From contig CACCYQ010000002.1 in assembly GCA_902550285.1 (NCBI GenBank), positions 8,030 to 72,029 on the forward strand: a stretch of DNA of 64,000 bases, written 5' to 3'. Under the pieces are notes generated by a model that searched no databases, was not told the origin of the DNA, and worked only from the letters and a program-made list of their open reading frames with translations. Below are positions 63,463-64,000 of the stretch, piece by piece; position 1 is the first letter of the stretch; every line of letters starts with the position of its first letter. This stretch comes from an uncultured Pelagibacteraceae bacterium (GTDB lineage: Bacteria > Pseudomonadota > Alphaproteobacteria > Pelagibacterales > Pelagibacteraceae). The position numbers and the translations under genes were made by a program.

Positions 63463-64000
63463 ACTTATTGGAGGTTCTGCAGATCTTTCAGGATCAAACA
63501 ATACAAAGTCTGAAAATCATAAAATAATTAAACCTGGAAATTTCAAAGGAAATTATCTTCATTATGGTGTGAGAGAACATGCAATGTGTGGAATAATGAA
63601 TGGCCTTGCACTACATAGTAATTTAATTCCATATGGTGGTACTTTTCTTATTTTTAGTGATTATTGTAAACCTTCTATAAGATTGTCGGCTCTTATGAAA
63701 CAAAGAGTAATTTATGTTATGTCTCATGATTCTATTGGTTTAGGTGAAGATGGTCCAACTCATCAACCAGTTGAGCAACTTAGCAATTTAAGATCTATAC
63801 CAAACTTAAATGTGTATAGACCTGCTGACACTATAGAAACTTTTGAATGCTGGGAACTTGCTTTAAAAAATTATACTTCACCAAGTGTCATTGCCCTATC
63901 CAGACAAAAAATTAATCCAGTCAGAAAAAAATATGAGCCCAAAAATAAATGCGCTTCAGGAGCATATGAAATATTAAGAACTAATAAAAAAATAGAATTA
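63371..64000 (+). CDS. tkt: Transketolase, pyrimidine-binding part in the +1 frame, running off the window edge
   Basis: Manual translation: [19 protein letters not shown]...[11 protein letters not shown]...YGVREHAM...[10 protein letters not shown]...[15 protein letters not shown]. Confidence 0.9.

Overview
This is a very AT-rich, extremely gene-dense core-genome window. Gene content and order point to a SAR11/Pelagibacterales alphaproteobacterium: blue-tuned proteorhodopsin next to fdx-FNR-GST, recA-alaS-icd, umuDC, ppdK-glySQ, tol-pal-tilS-ftsH and zapA-ygfA-ymdB-yebC. It holds about 60 CDS, tRNA-Leu(GAG), tRNA-Arg(TCG), several intrinsic hairpins and two alphaproteobacterial LexA boxes (recA, umuD). 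I saw no prophage, IS, CRISPR or rRNA. The most notable points are: (1) the usual ruvC-ruvA-ruvB-ybgC block between yebC and tolQ is replaced by one phage/MOC1-like RuvC-fold resolvase; (2) the 207-bp spacer before umuDC packs inverted DnaA boxes, a phased array of GANTC sites/degenerate boxes, a promoter and a LexA box; (3) an unannotated 41-aa membrane peptide is coupled to a GT-C/GT2 surface-modification cassette; (4) proteorhodopsin has a structured GC-rich leader; (5) there is no room for 6S RNA at zapA-ygfA or for nadB in nadA-nadC; (6) the tRNA-Arg anticodon is the uncommon UCG; (7) transketolase is split by a +1 frameshift near an A7 run. All calls come from reading motifs by eye; no searches were run.
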